From positions 4,928,001 to 4,992,000 of the forward strand of contig OY761556.1 in NCBI GenBank assembly GCA_963664705.1: a stretch of DNA of 64,000 nt. The letters run 5' to 3'. Numbering within the stretch: position 1 is the stretch's first letter; the number at the start of each line of letters is the position of its first letter. Below the pieces are notes generated by a model that searched no databases, had not been told where the DNA came from, and saw only the letters and a program-made list of their open reading frames with translations. Position numbers and translations under genes: made by a program. The stretch comes from Acidobacteriota bacterium. Lineage in GTDB: Bacteria > Acidobacteriota > UBA6911. Shown here one piece after another: positions 50,254 through 61,332 of the stretch.

Positions 50254-51341
50254 GCAAACCATCAACCGCAGCGATCCACAGCGCCAAACACGCTGGAATA
50301 GCCAGTAAACTTTCATTTCTTGATCGATACCTGACGCTCTGGATTTTTCTCGCCATGGCCGTGGGAGTCGGCGCCGGATATCTGTTCCCTGACATCGTTC
50401 CCTTCCTGAACAGGTTTAACGCTGGAACCACCTCTGTACCGATCGCCGTTGGGCTAATCCTCATGATGTATCCCCCCCTGGCGAAAGTGCGCTATGAGGA
50501 AATGGGGCCGGTTTTCCGAAATTTCAAGGTGCTGGGGCTTTCGCTTGCACAGAACTGGATAGTCGGACCTATCCTGATGTTTGCTCTGGCCGTACTCTTC
50601 CTGCGCGACAAGCCGGAGTACATGGTCGGCCTGATCATGATCGGGCTGGCCCGCTGTATCGCCATGGTGATCGTGTGGAATGAATTGGCAAAGGGCGATA
50701 CCGAATATTGTGCGGGTCTGGTGGCCTTCAATTCCATATTCCAGGTGCTTCTCTATTCAGTTTACGCATATGTCTTCATAACGGTTCTTCCGACCTGGCT
50801 GGGATTGAAAGGTGTTGCGGTGAACATCACCATTGGTGAGATTGCCAAAAGCGTATTCATTTACCTTGGGATTCCATTCCTGGCAGGAGTGATCACACGC
50901 TTCTCCCTAATATCGGCGCAGGGCAAAGAGTGGTACCACTCGAAATTCATTCCCAAGATCAGCCCGATTACCCTTATCGCACTTTTGTTCACGATCATTG
51001 TCATGTTCTCCCTGAAGGGTGAAATGATCGTACAGCTTCCGTTCGACGTGATCCGCATCGCGATCCCGCTGCTCATATATTTTATCCTGATGTTCTTTGT
51101 ATCCTTCTTCATGAGCAAGAAGGTGGGAGCCACCTACGGCCAGTCTGCGACTTTGTCATTTACGGCTGCTTCCAATAATTTCGAGCTCGCCATTGCGGTT
51201 GCAGTCGCCACGTTCGGAATCCAGCACGGCGGCGCTTTTGCCGCGGTCATCGGTCCGCTTGTGGAAGTGCCGGCTCTCATCGCGCTTGTAAATGTCTCTC
51301 TCTGGCTCGGGCGCAAATACTACGGCATGAAAGAGGCCTAG
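50250..51341 (+). CDS. acr3: Arsenite efflux transporter Acr3
   Basis: [49 protein letters not shown]. Confidence 0.96.
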   Translation: MSKPSTAAIHSAKHAGIASKLSFLDRYLTLWIFLAMAVGVGAGYLFPDIVPFLNRFNAGTTSVPIAVGLILMMYPPLAKVRYEEMGPVFRNFKVLGLSLAQNWIVGPILMFALAVLFLRDKPEYMVGLIMIGLARCIAMVIVWNELAKGDTEYCAGLVAFNSIFQVLLYSVYAYVFITVLPTWLGLKGVAVNITIGEIAKSVFIYLGIPFLAGVITRFSLISAQGKEWYHSKFIPKISPITLIALLFTIIVMFSLKGEMIVQLPFDVIRIAIPLLIYFILMFFVSFFMSKKVGATYGQSATLSFTAASNNFELAIAVAVATFGIQHGGAFAAVIGPLVEVPALIALVNVSLWLGRKYYGMKEA

Positions 51342-51468
51342 GTTAAAGGTATGCGCTTTTGTGCGTAGCCAAATCGCCAAAGGAATCGCGCTTTCCATTG
51401 CGCAATCAGTTCAAACGATACAGCCATTGTCATAGGCAGTTTTCCAGGCGGAGAAGGATTATAGCGAG

Positions 51469-52767
51469 ATGAAAGAAAGAAATACGGATGCACCGGGGAT
51501 AACGACATTACCGGACCAACCCGCCGATCCATTGACCAAGGTTTATGTTGAACCAACCAACCGCTGCAACCTAAGCTGTGTTACCTGTATCCGTCACTCC
51601 TGGGATGAATCCTATGAGGATCTGGCGTGGCCAGCTTATGAAGCTCTGATTAACGGATTGGCCGATTTTCCTGAAGCCAAAACCATCGCCTTTGCCGGCT
51701 TCGGTGAACCCCTTCTACATCCGCGCTTTACCGAAATGGTCCGTCTTGCTCACGAAAAAGGATTACGCACGGAAATGACCAGCAATGCCATGCTTCTCAC
51801 CTCATCAATGGCAGAGCAACTGGTTGACGCCGGGCTGGATCAATTCACGGTCTCTATTGACGGAACCTCGAATGAATCTCACGGAACCGTCCGGCCAGGC
51901 GCCTCCCTGGAAGAAATCACAGACAATGTGCGCAGGCTATATTCGTGGAGCCAAAAGAAATGCATTGCTCAACTGGATATCGAACCGGCCCTTAAAGAAG
52001 AAATGCTCAAACACCTGCTGGATTCAGGCGGAACGCTTTATGGGCTTCTCGATATGATGAGTTACAAAGTTCCTATCGAAGGCGCTTTGGATCAGGCGCC
52101 TCCGGCCCCGCTCAAGATCGGGATCGAGTTTGTGGCAATGAAGAGCAACATTCACGAACTGCCGGCCCTTCAAAAGATCGCGAAGCATGTCCGGGCCTCT
52201 TTTATTCTTGTTTCGAACGTGCTGCCGTATACCCCCGAGCTTCAGGATGAGATCCTTTACAGCCTGGAAACAACCAGCTACGAGGGTGAGGGGGATGATC
52301 GTAATCCGCACTGGATTTTCCCAAAAATGGATCGTATTTGGGATAAGGTGAACTCTATATCAACCGCTCCCGGTCAGCAGCCAAGTCTCAGCTATCTGGA
52401 TATCAACTTGAATCAGCGAAATAACTACTGCCCCTTTATAAGACCGGGAAGCCTGGCGCTATCCTGTCATGGGAGCGTGAGCCCGTGTCCTCCATTGCTG
52501 CATTCGTATACCTGTTATGTAAGAGACTGGAAGAAATTCTTCCGTCATTGTGAATGGGGAAGTCTAAAGGAACGATCCCTGAAATCAATTTGGCAACAGC
52601 CTGATTATGCCGCCTTTAGGGATCGGGTTAGGCGATTCGATTTTGCTCCCTGTACGGATTGCGGTGGCTGTGAATACTCTGAAAAGAACGAGGAGGATTG
52701 CCAGGGCAATCCTTTCCCCGTCTGTGGCGATTGCCTGTGGGCCAGAGGCATTCTGCGCTGTGCGTAA
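51469..52767 (+). CDS. Radical SAM/SPASM enzyme, third paralog, no AbrB domain
   Basis: CNLSCVTC, GFGEP, CPF, CTDCGGC..CGDCLWARGILRCA. Confidence 0.9.
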   Translation: MKERNTDAPGITTLPDQPADPLTKVYVEPTNRCNLSCVTCIRHSWDESYEDLAWPAYEALINGLADFPEAKTIAFAGFGEPLLHPRFTEMVRLAHEKGLRTEMTSNAMLLTSSMAEQLVDAGLDQFTVSIDGTSNESHGTVRPGASLEEITDNVRRLYSWSQKKCIAQLDIEPALKEEMLKHLLDSGGTLYGLLDMMSYKVPIEGALDQAPPAPLKIGIEFVAMKSNIHELPALQKIAKHVRASFILVSNVLPYTPELQDEILYSLETTSYEGEGDDRNPHWIFPKMDRIWDKVNSISTAPGQQPSLSYLDINLNQRNNYCPFIRPGSLALSCHGSVSPCPPLLHSYTCYVRDWKKFFRHCEWGSLKERSLKSIWQQPDYAAFRDRVRRFDFAPCTDCGGCEYSEKNEEDCQGNPFPVCGDCLWARGILRCA

Positions 52768-53023
52768 ATTATCCGAATCTGATCTACATGTTCTTCTTTG
52801 GCGGCTACTATCAGATTTGCTTTTCGGGCAACGCCGCATCATTGGCCAGGCACATTGAACTCGGGATCCGACTCCGCAGCGTTTAAAGCTATCGCCACGC
52901 TCATAGACGCATATGATTGCGTTGAAATGTTTCCGTGCTGGCACTGTTTTCCTGATGGTCAAAAACACGGCTCACCTCTATACTGGCGCTATCTATCAAA
53001 CAAACACCGAGGGAGGACAGTGC

Positions 53024-54313
53024 ATGTCGGACGTTGTTGCCGCGGAGTCTGATTTTTCCCTGCGTAAAATGAAAATTGCCGGTATCTGCCTGATGGGGCA
53101 GCTATTCTGCAGCAGCATGCTGATCATCGGCCCTATGTCGATGCTTATGCTGCCTATGATCGAACGGTTCGGATGGAGCAGGTCCCAGTTTTCTTTCTCG
53201 ACCGCTGCCGTCATGTGGGCCGGGGCATTGGCTGCGCCCATTTTAGGCCGTCTCATCGATCGCCGGGGCGTACGTCCGGTGGTTCTGACCGGCGCCTTCT
53301 TGGTAGGCATTATCGAACTGGCGCTTGGATTTCAGACGGCAAGCCTTTGGCTCTTTTATCTGCTTTTTGCACTGCTGGGAATTGTTGGTGCCATTGGGGC
53401 CGGCTACGGGAAGGTCATGGGTTCCCTGTTCATAAAACACCGGGGCAAAGCCATGGGCTTTGTAGCTGCCTTCTCTCCCCTCATCGCCTCCGTGTTTCCG
53501 CAGTACTCGAATCAGCTGCTTTTGGCATTCGGCTGGCGCGGTGTTTTCTGGGGATGGGGCGCCGTCACCCTCATCACCTGGATTATCCTCTACTTTTTTC
53601 TTGAGGAACCGAACAGTAGCCCCACTGCGGCAATGCCCGCAAATTCCGCGCAGCCGGTGCTGGAAGGCATGACCACCGCAGAGGCCCTGCGCAGCAGACC
53701 GCTCTGGATTATGATTGCGGCAGCTCTCGTTTCAGGAATTTTGGGCGGCGGCTGGGCTACGCATTCGTTCGCCTATCAACTTGGCCGAGGCTTCAGCCAG
53801 CAGACAGCAGTCAATGCCGTCAGCGTGTCCGTGCTCATCGCTATCGTGGGCCCTCTGCTCGGAGGCTGGCTGTTGGATAAAGTGCCGTCAGCAAGAATCC
53901 ATATTCCGTTTAGCCTTATGGCCGCATTGAGTGTCTATCTCCAGAGTATTATGTGGGCAAACTATGGAGGCACTCCCCTGTTATTTACGGCGGTCGCCTT
54001 GAGTGCCGTTTCTATGAATGCGACAATGCCGATGCTCGGCTACTTTTATACCCGTTTCTTTGGGCTGAAAGCTTATGGAGAGATTGCTGGAATCAATATG
54101 GCTGTTCTCTCGCTCGTTATGGGCTTTTCGGCGCCCCTGGTTGGCTTGATCTATGACCACACGGGATCCTACAGTCCGGCTTTGTACGGTATGATTGTGG
54201 GGTCGGTACTGGCCGGTTTATTGTATCTGTTTATCGGGCGTTATCGCTACACGACCGATTTCAAACTCATGGTCGAGCTGCAGAAAATGGAGCCGGAGAA
54301 AATACCGACATAA
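53024..54313 (+). CDS. MFS transporter (OFA/MCT-like)
   Basis: GGAGG RBS; GRLIDRRGVR, HRGKAMG, FFGLKAYGEI, IYDHTGSY. Confidence 0.88.
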   Translation: MSDVVAAESDFSLRKMKIAGICLMGQLFCSSMLIIGPMSMLMLPMIERFGWSRSQFSFSTAAVMWAGALAAPILGRLIDRRGVRPVVLTGAFLVGIIELALGFQTASLWLFYLLFALLGIVGAIGAGYGKVMGSLFIKHRGKAMGFVAAFSPLIASVFPQYSNQLLLAFGWRGVFWGWGAVTLITWIILYFFLEEPNSSPTAAMPANSAQPVLEGMTTAEALRSRPLWIMIAAALVSGILGGGWATHSFAYQLGRGFSQQTAVNAVSVSVLIAIVGPLLGGWLLDKVPSARIHIPFSLMAALSVYLQSIMWANYGGTPLLFTAVALSAVSMNATMPMLGYFYTRFFGLKAYGEIAGINMAVLSLVMGFSAPLVGLIYDHTGSYSPALYGMIVGSVLAGLLYLFIGRYRYTTDFKLMVELQKMEPEKIPT

Positions 54314-54879
54314 CGGCCCACCAGGCTTTAGCATAAAGGCACAGCATTTAAGCGGGCTACGCGGCATTTGGGGGATCCTTAAGCAGACGCGTTTTATGTA
54401 TCATCAGCACAATGGAGCTGACCACAAATACGCCTATCGCTGCCCTCCCATTGACAACCGCTAAATGGAGAAATTGGATCGCAACGCCCCGAACGAAGCC
54501 AATCCGCGGTCGACACATCTCAATTGGCACAATGTTCAGCGGGGCGTTGGGACCTTACTCAACGCAACATCGGATTCCACCTGGATGGCAGTATACGTAT
54601 GTATGATCATAGGAGTGGAGGATGACACATGGCTACGAACCTATTCCTTTTGGCACGATCGAGGTTCATTTGGCCCAGCTGTGTTTACGCATTGCCAGAC
54701 ACGCTCCATTGGCTTTGATAGAAGATTAATCCGGCAAATTCCTTCCACAGCAGCGGCGCCCCAGCTCATTATCCAGGTTGGAGTGGCTGTTGACGCGCAA
54801 TTCCCTATTCCCTATACTCGGCTCACTGCCGATAGGCGACTTGTCATCACAAACCTGGATCTGCGAAAGGAGGCACAAA

Positions 54880-56538
54880 TTGGCCGCAAGACTACGTTCC
54901 GCATTGTTCATGCTTATTCTCATGGCTGTTTGTTCCACGGCATATTCTGCCGAAAAAGTCAGGGTGTTGAACCCAACGCCACCGAACCACATGGTCGATC
55001 GCATACCGCTTGTCCCGAGGCTCAATTCCCTGGACGGAAAGACTATATTCCTGGTGGATATTGGCTGGGGAGGAGAGAATGCCGCCCCAAGCATTTATGA
55101 TGAAATGAAGGCATGGTTTGCCAAGAACATGCCGAGCGTAAAAATAGAAGTCAGAAAAATCAAAGGCTTCTATATGCAGGATCAGCCGGAACTCCTGAAA
55201 GAAATATCCGAAAAGGGAGACGCGGCAATGTTCGGAATAGCCGGTTGAGACAGCTGCACATCGGCCGTCGGCCGAAACTGCAAACAGCTGGAACAGCAAT
55301 ACAAAATTCCCACTGTCGGGGGCATTGCATCCAACATCATCAAGTATGCCCAGGGACACGACTTCGAATATACGAACGGTTCGCCCATTCGATATATCTC
55401 ATTTCCTTTTCCTGTAGCAGGGCAGCCTCAATCGGTTCATCACCGCTATATATTTGAAAGCAAGGATGTGGTGAGCGGAAAACCGATGATGCAGGCATTC
55501 GTCGATGCCCTGACCCTCCCGTTGACCAGCAGCGAAAAATACAAAGGACCGGCCCCGGATCCCAATCCGGCGGAATCCCGCTTTCTTGGACCCGACACGG
55601 AAGCAAACCTGCAGCGCCTGTTCAAAGACAATGACTGGACGGACTATCTTCCAATTGCCCTTCCGACCGAAGAGCGTGTGGCAGACATGCTGAAAGGCAC
55701 GTCTCATAAACCGACCGAAGTCATCAAAGTATTGGACTGGCCGGGAGGCAGGCGTGAAGTGACGGTGGAAAGGGTAGCAATTTGTGCGGTCATGGCCGGC
55801 GCCAAGCGGGAATATCTTCCGGTGATCCTCGCTCTGGCCAATCACATTCCTTTTGGAAACTCCACATCCTCCATGGCCAACATGATCCTGGTCAACGGAC
55901 CCATTCGCGATGAAATTGGCATGAATTACGGCCACAATGTCATGGGACCGCATAATGAAGCCAATGCAGTGATCGGCCGTGCGTACACACTAATGTCGAA
56001 GACAATCGGCGGTCTGCATAGCAAAAAAACGACCTGGAGCACCCTCGGAAGCTCTCTGCAATACAACAATGTATGCATCGCGGAGAACGAGGAGGCGCTG
56101 CCCGGAGGGTGGAAGCCCTTTCATGTGCAGGCGGGGTTCAAACCTGGCGAAAGTGTCATTACCGTGGCAACCGGCTGGTCCTACATTTCCAGCGTAACGG
56201 AAGCCAAGAGAGAATATCCCGTTCATATGTGGATGGGCGAGTATATGAAGGCTCTCACGATGGGATCGGCCACGGTCATTATGGATCCTTCCGTTGCCAG
56301 TCTTCTGAAGGATGCCTACGGTTTCCAGACCAAGGACCAGTTGGCCAAATGGTTTGCGGAAAACGTCGAAAAGACCGAGTTTGCTTCCGGACAGAAGGTA
56401 AAACCGTTCCGGGAAGCCTCCGTCAATGTGGTCGTTACCGGGGGCGGGGGCCAGACAACATGGTTCGTAACCGATTTCGGGATGAGCCGGAACATGGTTC
56501 TCGCGGGAGGAAGTACGCGCATCGACGACTGGCGCTAG
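54880..56538 (+). CDS. Probable exported selenoprotein of the UGSC family (UxxC, in-frame UGA at 55246-55248)
   Basis: AAGGAGG RBS before TTG; signal peptide; ORFs 54778-55248 and 55468-56538 join in frame through one TGA giving GIAG-U-DSC; SECIS-like hairpin follows; WTDxLPIxxPTEERV and NAVIGRA motifs. Confidence 0.8.
55251..55290 (+). promoter_or_regulatory. Candidate bacterial SECIS element
   Basis: TCGGCC-GTC-GGCCGA hairpin with loop G 19 nt after UGA, enclosed by CAGCTG/CAGCTG. Confidence 0.6.
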
Positions 56539-56769
56539 TTTCTTGTAACAATTGAAATGCTGGTGATGATAGCCACTACCCAAAAGCAACTGGCATTTGA
56601 AGCCATGCCACGGAAGCTTATACGGAGAACACGGAAAAAGCCTCTCTTGATGTACTCCGCAAAAGCTTCCATGGCATGCCGGTTCTTAAGCACTTAATTC
56701 GTGTCTGGAAGCCCTTGAGGCTGCCAGAAGCAAACGAACCTTACAGGCTCAAACAAAGACTCTCCGGAT

Positions 56770-57531
56770 CTATCCCGCCGTTGTGCTCTCGACGAGCTCA
56801 CGATAAGCTTTTTTCTCAGCCTCCAGCCACTCTTCACGTCCCATGGCATACCCGAAGGGGACCCATTTCATTTCCTTCATGCTCTGCACGATCGTCGGTA
56901 TCCAGTTGAAAGGGATGGAAATTTGCACCAGTCCTTCCGGGTAGACCTTCCGTGCCTTCATGCCGAAATGTAGCCCGGTCATTGTGTAGTTGATCTTCCC
57001 CGTCTCGAAGGGATACACCAGAAGCCATGAACAGCCGAGTACGGACGTGAATTTCGGAGCCCAAATCTCTCCGGTGGAATACGATATCGCGCGCAGGACG
57101 ATTTCCGCCTGCGATGGTTTCCCAATCACATACAGCAGGTCCGGATCGAAGGCCAGCTTGTCCAGCCGCGAAAAGGCGACATAATTCACGAGTCCCGGCT
57201 TGAACAGGTAGAATTCCTTGAATAGCCGCCTGTTGGCCCGTGCATCCTGGAAGATCTCAAGCTTCTCACCAATCATTCCTGCTTCAGCATAGGCGGGCAT
57301 ATCCATCCAGCCCATAGGCAGCTTCCCCGTGCAGTTTTCGTTCTCCTTTGAGATGTAGAATGGTTCATCCCGTTCCTGCGCCTCACGGAACATCTCGCAA
57401 AGACCGAGCTGCTTGTCCAGCTGCGGGAGGCCCTCCGGCCTGCTATATAGAAATTTGATCCCGACGGGCTGACGTTCAAGGTTCAGCTTCTGGAAGATGG
57501 ACAGGTCCTGCGCCAGTGGTTTCAGCTCCAT
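56770..57531 (-). CDS. DUF169-family protein
   Basis: PVGIKF, LCEM, C..G...G, DPDL, GCS and PF patterns. Confidence 0.8.
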   Translation of the reverse strand: MELKPLAQDLSIFQKLNLERQPVGIKFLYSRPEGLPQLDKQLGLCEMFREAQERDEPFYISKENENCTGKLPMGWMDMPAYAEAGMIGEKLEIFQDARANRRLFKEFYLFKPGLVNYVAFSRLDKLAFDPDLLYVIGKPSQAEIVLRAISYSTGEIWAPKFTSVLGCSWLLVYPFETGKINYTMTGLHFGMKARKVYPEGLVQISIPFNWIPTIVQSMKEMKWVPFGYAMGREEWLEAEKKAYRELVESTTAG

Positions 57532-57872
57532 ATTTCCTCCTCCGCAATTACAGAGATCTCATTGTGCTGCAAAAAGCAGAGACGCTACGCTAACAGATCT
57601 TACCCTATTTTGTTCGATGGCCTATCTAATGCGTCGTGGCCATAGTATTTGCAATGGGAGGGACTCCCAACCAATTGATTTCGAACAGCATGGCCGCTAG
57701 GCGTTAATCCTCCCTGGAATCTCACGTAGGATCGTGATTGAGGATTTTCGCCGGAAGAGGCGGCAACAATCAAACTCAAGATAAGTCTTCATGCTGAAAT
57801 CCTCCTGATAGCCGCGAAGCGGCAACTTTAGCCCCGGCAATTGTAAAAACTTTTAGATCAACCACAGCCAGT

Positions 57873-58505
57873 TTACGATTTGTCCAGTACCGCATTGAGA
57901 TAGAGCCGAAGCAAATCGGATGAGCCTTTGGGCGTAATCATCAGGTTTCCATACAAAATCTCGTGCAATGCCAATCCCTGGGCAAGCGAATAGAACCCGA
58001 TTCCTACACTCGACAAAGAAGTATCTGTGTTTAGATCGGCACCCCGATAGATCTCTTCAAATACCTGTTTGATACCGTCGTTGATCTGCTCATTCAGCGA
58101 TGCGAGATGTCTCCTCATCCGAGGATGTCTGAACACAAAAAGACTGAATTCCATCATAAGCATGCCCAGGCTTCTTGCTTCCGGCATGGTTTCAGTAAAC
58201 TGCTGCAGAAAGATCTGGATCTTCGACTTAGGGTCAGATTTCGAAAGAACTCTGTTCAAAGCATTGGATATGTGGCCTTCAATCTGCTGCCCGGCAACGG
58301 CCACAAACAATTCCTCTTTGTTTTTGAACCTCTTATAAAATGCACCGCGCGTGTAGCCCGCCGCAGATGCAATTTCCTCCAGTTTGGAAGCTTCAAATCC
58401 GTCACGAACGAAAATCCTGTGAGCCGAAGCCAATATTTTCTCGCGAGTCAATGCGGCTCGTTCCTTTTGGGTGCGAACTGGTCTTGCCGTGGTTTTGGTT
58501 TTCAT
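57873..58505 (-). CDS. TetR-family regulator
   Basis: TREKILASA..F.RDGF..SKLEEIA..AGYTRGAFY..FKNKEELF. Confidence 0.93.
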   Translation of the reverse strand: MKTKTTARPVRTQKERAALTREKILASAHRIFVRDGFEASKLEEIASAAGYTRGAFYKRFKNKEELFVAVAGQQIEGHISNALNRVLSKSDPKSKIQIFLQQFTETMPEARSLGMLMMEFSLFVFRHPRMRRHLASLNEQINDGIKQVFEEIYRGADLNTDTSLSSVGIGFYSLAQGLALHEILYGNLMITPKGSSDLLRLYLNAVLDKS

Positions 58506-58533
58506 GGAGTCATTATCCTAAAAAACTTTCCCT

Positions 58534-58595
58534 TTGACAAGATAGATACACGCATGTATCTTTGTACCCCACATTAGATACGCATGTGTATCTAA
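58534..58595. promoter_or_regulatory. Two TetR operator palindromes overlapping the pump promoter
   Basis: TTGACA at 58534; AGATACA-CGCA-TGTATCT (58544-58561) and TTAGATAC-GCATGT-GTATCTAA (58574-58595). Confidence 0.8.
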
Positions 58596-58623
58596 TACGT
58601 ATCGCGGCTGGAATGGAGGGAAA

Positions 58624-60009
58624 ATGCTCTATCGAGGTTTTAGCGGTGGGCGGCGGTTAAGCTTCATCGCCCTATTCTTTTTAGGTCTACCTATTGTTTT
58701 GGCCCGCCCCGTATCGGTCGTCCAGGCGCAAGCGCCTGAACCAGATCAGACCGTTTCTTTGAGTCTGGCCAAAGCCAAAGAGCTGGCGCTAAAAAATAAT
58801 CTCCAAGCCGTCATCGCCAAGGAGGGTATTGCACAAGCAAAAGGACAGAAGGGGATAAGCCTTTCTGCTCTTTTGCCCAGCATTGGAGCAGCTGCCTATC
58901 AAAGCAGCCTGACATCCAACTTGGCTGCATCCGGATTGCCGGTCGAGTCATTTGGATTTCCGGCATTTATCGGCCCATTCAACCGCTTTGACGCGCGTTT
59001 CCAGATGGTTCAGAGTGTCTTTAATCTCGGCGCAATCCGACGCTATCAGGCCGCCGACTATAGCCTTGAATTGGCAAGGCAAAGGCAGCGTTTGGCTGCG
59101 CAGCAGATCACTGCAGCAACCGTCATATCCTATCTGACAACACTGGAAGCTGAACAGGCAGTTCATGCGGCCAAGGCTAATGTGCAGCTTGCCGAAACGC
59201 TCCTCTCTTTGGCTATCCATCAAAAGGAGACGGGGGTAGCCGCCGGTATTGACGTCGCCCGGGCCGAAACCCGTCTCGCCAATCAGCGTGTTCAACTTGC
59301 ACAAGTACAAAGTGCTCTCGATACCGCACGGCTGGATCTTCTTCGAATTGTAAATGGTGTCAGTGGCGAATCCTTATCGGGCCTGCCGGTCTTGGGCGAC
59401 CAGATGACTTTAACTCCCGAACCGAGTCGCGATGCGGATAAAACCGTACAACAGGCGCTTATCGATCGAGTCGAGGTTTCGATAGCGGAACAGGAATTGA
59501 AAATTGCAGAGGTTCAACGAAAGGCTGCGAAATCGGATCTATTCCCTTCCATCTCAGTATTCGGCGATTACGGAAGCAGCGGACTCAAGCCCACTGAGGC
59601 TAATTACCCTACCCGCAGCATTGGCGTTCGACTTGATATACCAGTCTTTAGCGGTGGCCGTACTCAGGCTGAAATTCAAATCGCATCCAGCCGAATGCGT
59701 GAATCGGAAGCTCAGCTTAAGGACATTCGTGCCGCCGTAGAAAGGGATGTTCGACAGTCCCTGCTAGAGGTCAAAACCCGCGCCGAGCAGGTGCGTTCGG
59801 CAGAATTGGCGGTTTCGCTTGCAAATCGGGAACTGGTGCTTGCACAGGACCGGTTTAATAACGGTGTTGCAGACAATGTGGAAGTCGTTACCGCGCAAAC
59901 TGCTCTCGAGAATGCACGGAGATCCCTGGTTTCAAGTCTATATCAATTCAACCTTGCAAGGCTGAACTTGGCTTCTGCATTGGGACACGTGGAAGATTTT
60001 CGGCTGTAG
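58624..60009 (+). CDS. TolC-family outer-membrane efflux protein
   Basis: Signal peptide; two OEP repeats (LLPSI, LFPSI, IPVFSGG, RFNNGV). Confidence 0.92.
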   Translation: MLYRGFSGGRRLSFIALFFLGLPIVLARPVSVVQAQAPEPDQTVSLSLAKAKELALKNNLQAVIAKEGIAQAKGQKGISLSALLPSIGAAAYQSSLTSNLAASGLPVESFGFPAFIGPFNRFDARFQMVQSVFNLGAIRRYQAADYSLELARQRQRLAAQQITAATVISYLTTLEAEQAVHAAKANVQLAETLLSLAIHQKETGVAAGIDVARAETRLANQRVQLAQVQSALDTARLDLLRIVNGVSGESLSGLPVLGDQMTLTPEPSRDADKTVQQALIDRVEVSIAEQELKIAEVQRKAAKSDLFPSISVFGDYGSSGLKPTEANYPTRSIGVRLDIPVFSGGRTQAEIQIASSRMRESEAQLKDIRAAVERDVRQSLLEVKTRAEQVRSAELAVSLANRELVLAQDRFNNGVADNVEVVTAQTALENARRSLVSSLYQFNLARLNLASALGHVEDFRL

Positions 60010-60039
60010 CCGAATCAGAAAGGTCAGGCGGAGTGCGAC

Positions 60040-61332
60040 ATGAATCAAGAAACTAATTCCAATATGAAATCGCCGGCATCCTCGAATTCAGGCAAATGGA
60101 CCAGACGATTGGTGCTTCCGGTGGCAATAGTAGCCCTTGCAGTGGGTACATGGTACTACGTTCACTCTCGTACTTTTGAATCTACCGATAACGCTTTCAT
60201 TGACGGCGGTATTGTCCAGGTCAGCCCAAGAGTTTCCGGGCAGGTTGTGCGCGTGTATGTCACCGATAACCAGCGGGTAACAGCCGGCGATCTGCTGATC
60301 GAAATTGATCAGAGAGACTATGCGTTGAGAGTAGCTGAAGCTAAAGCCCAATTGGCCAATGCCGAGGCACGCTTTTCCAGCGCTCAAACTGGTGTTGGCT
60401 TGACTGCGGATATTACCGGTGCCGGGCTGAGCCAGGCCAGGGCTGCGTACGATGCCGCCGGCAACCAAACCGAAGCGCTGTTAGATAATCTCAATCAGCA
60501 GGATGCGGATATCCAGGCGGCGGCCGCGACTTTGCGCCAGACCGAAGCTGGAAAACTCGCTGCGGAAGCGGTTGCACAGCGGGCACGAGCCGACGCCTTT
60601 CGGTATCGAAATCTCTTTGCGAAGGATGAAGTCTCCAAACAGGCATTGGATCGAAGCGAAGCCGAGGCAAAGACATCCGAAGCATCCCTTGAAGCTGCTA
60701 CGCATGCAGTGGTCAGCGCACAGGCCAGGCTTGAGCAGTCCAGAGCCGCGCGAGCCTCCTCACAGTCGCTATTTAAGCAATCGGAAAACCTGGTGAAACA
60801 GGCTTCAGGCAAACTCCAGGAAGCACGCGCAAGCTCATCGCAGGTGCGCATCCGCCAGGCCGAGGTGAAGTCAGCTCAAGCGCAAATAGCACAGCTTGCA
60901 TCAATGATCCAGCAGGCGGAATTAAGTCTCTCCTATACCAAGGTATATGCAACCGAAGCTGGTGTCATTACGCGCAAATCAATAGAGCCCGGCAACTATG
61001 TTCAGGTAGGGCAATCCTTGATGGCGATTGTCACGGACCGGTTGTGGGTAATTGCCAATTTCAAGGAAACCCAGCTCACATACATGCAACCCGGACAGTC
61101 TGTAGACATCCATGTCGACGCTTATCCGCAGCATTCAATCAAAGGCAAGGTGGATAGCATCCAGAGCGGTACCGGAGCCCGATTCAGCCTGCTGCCTGCT
61201 GAAAACGCCACCGGGAATTATGTAAAGGTCATACAACGGATGCCGGTCAAAATCACATTTATTGATCAGCCTCCGACTGAAATCCGTCTTGGGCCGGGAA
61301 TGTCTGTTATCCCGACGGTGAGGGTGCGATGA
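60040..61332 (+). CDS. emrA: EmrA/HlyD membrane fusion protein
   Basis: STDNA, ANFKETQL, FSLLPAENATGNYVKVIQR. Confidence 0.92.
   Translation: MNQETNSNMKSPASSNSGKWTRRLVLPVAIVALAVGTWYYVHSRTFESTDNAFIDGGIVQVSPRVSGQVVRVYVTDNQRVTAGDLLIEIDQRDYALRVAEAKAQLANAEARFSSAQTGVGLTADITGAGLSQARAAYDAAGNQTEALLDNLNQQDADIQAAAATLRQTEAGKLAAEAVAQRARADAFRYRNLFAKDEVSKQALDRSEAEAKTSEASLEAATHAVVSAQARLEQSRAARASSQSLFKQSENLVKQASGKLQEARASSSQVRIRQAEVKSAQAQIAQLASMIQQAELSLSYTKVYATEAGVITRKSIEPGNYVQVGQSLMAIVTDRLWVIANFKETQLTYMQPGQSVDIHVDAYPQHSIKGKVDSIQSGTGARFSLLPAENATGNYVKVIQRMPVKITFIDQPPTEIRLGPGMSVIPTVRVR

Noticed and set aside
54465-55100. 211-aa plus-strand ORF
   Set aside because: Overlaps the selenoprotein gene out of frame; no recognisable motifs
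55468-56538. Independent 356-aa gene
   Set aside because: No strong RBS and the frame is open back to the UGA; better explained as the C-terminal part of one selenoprotein
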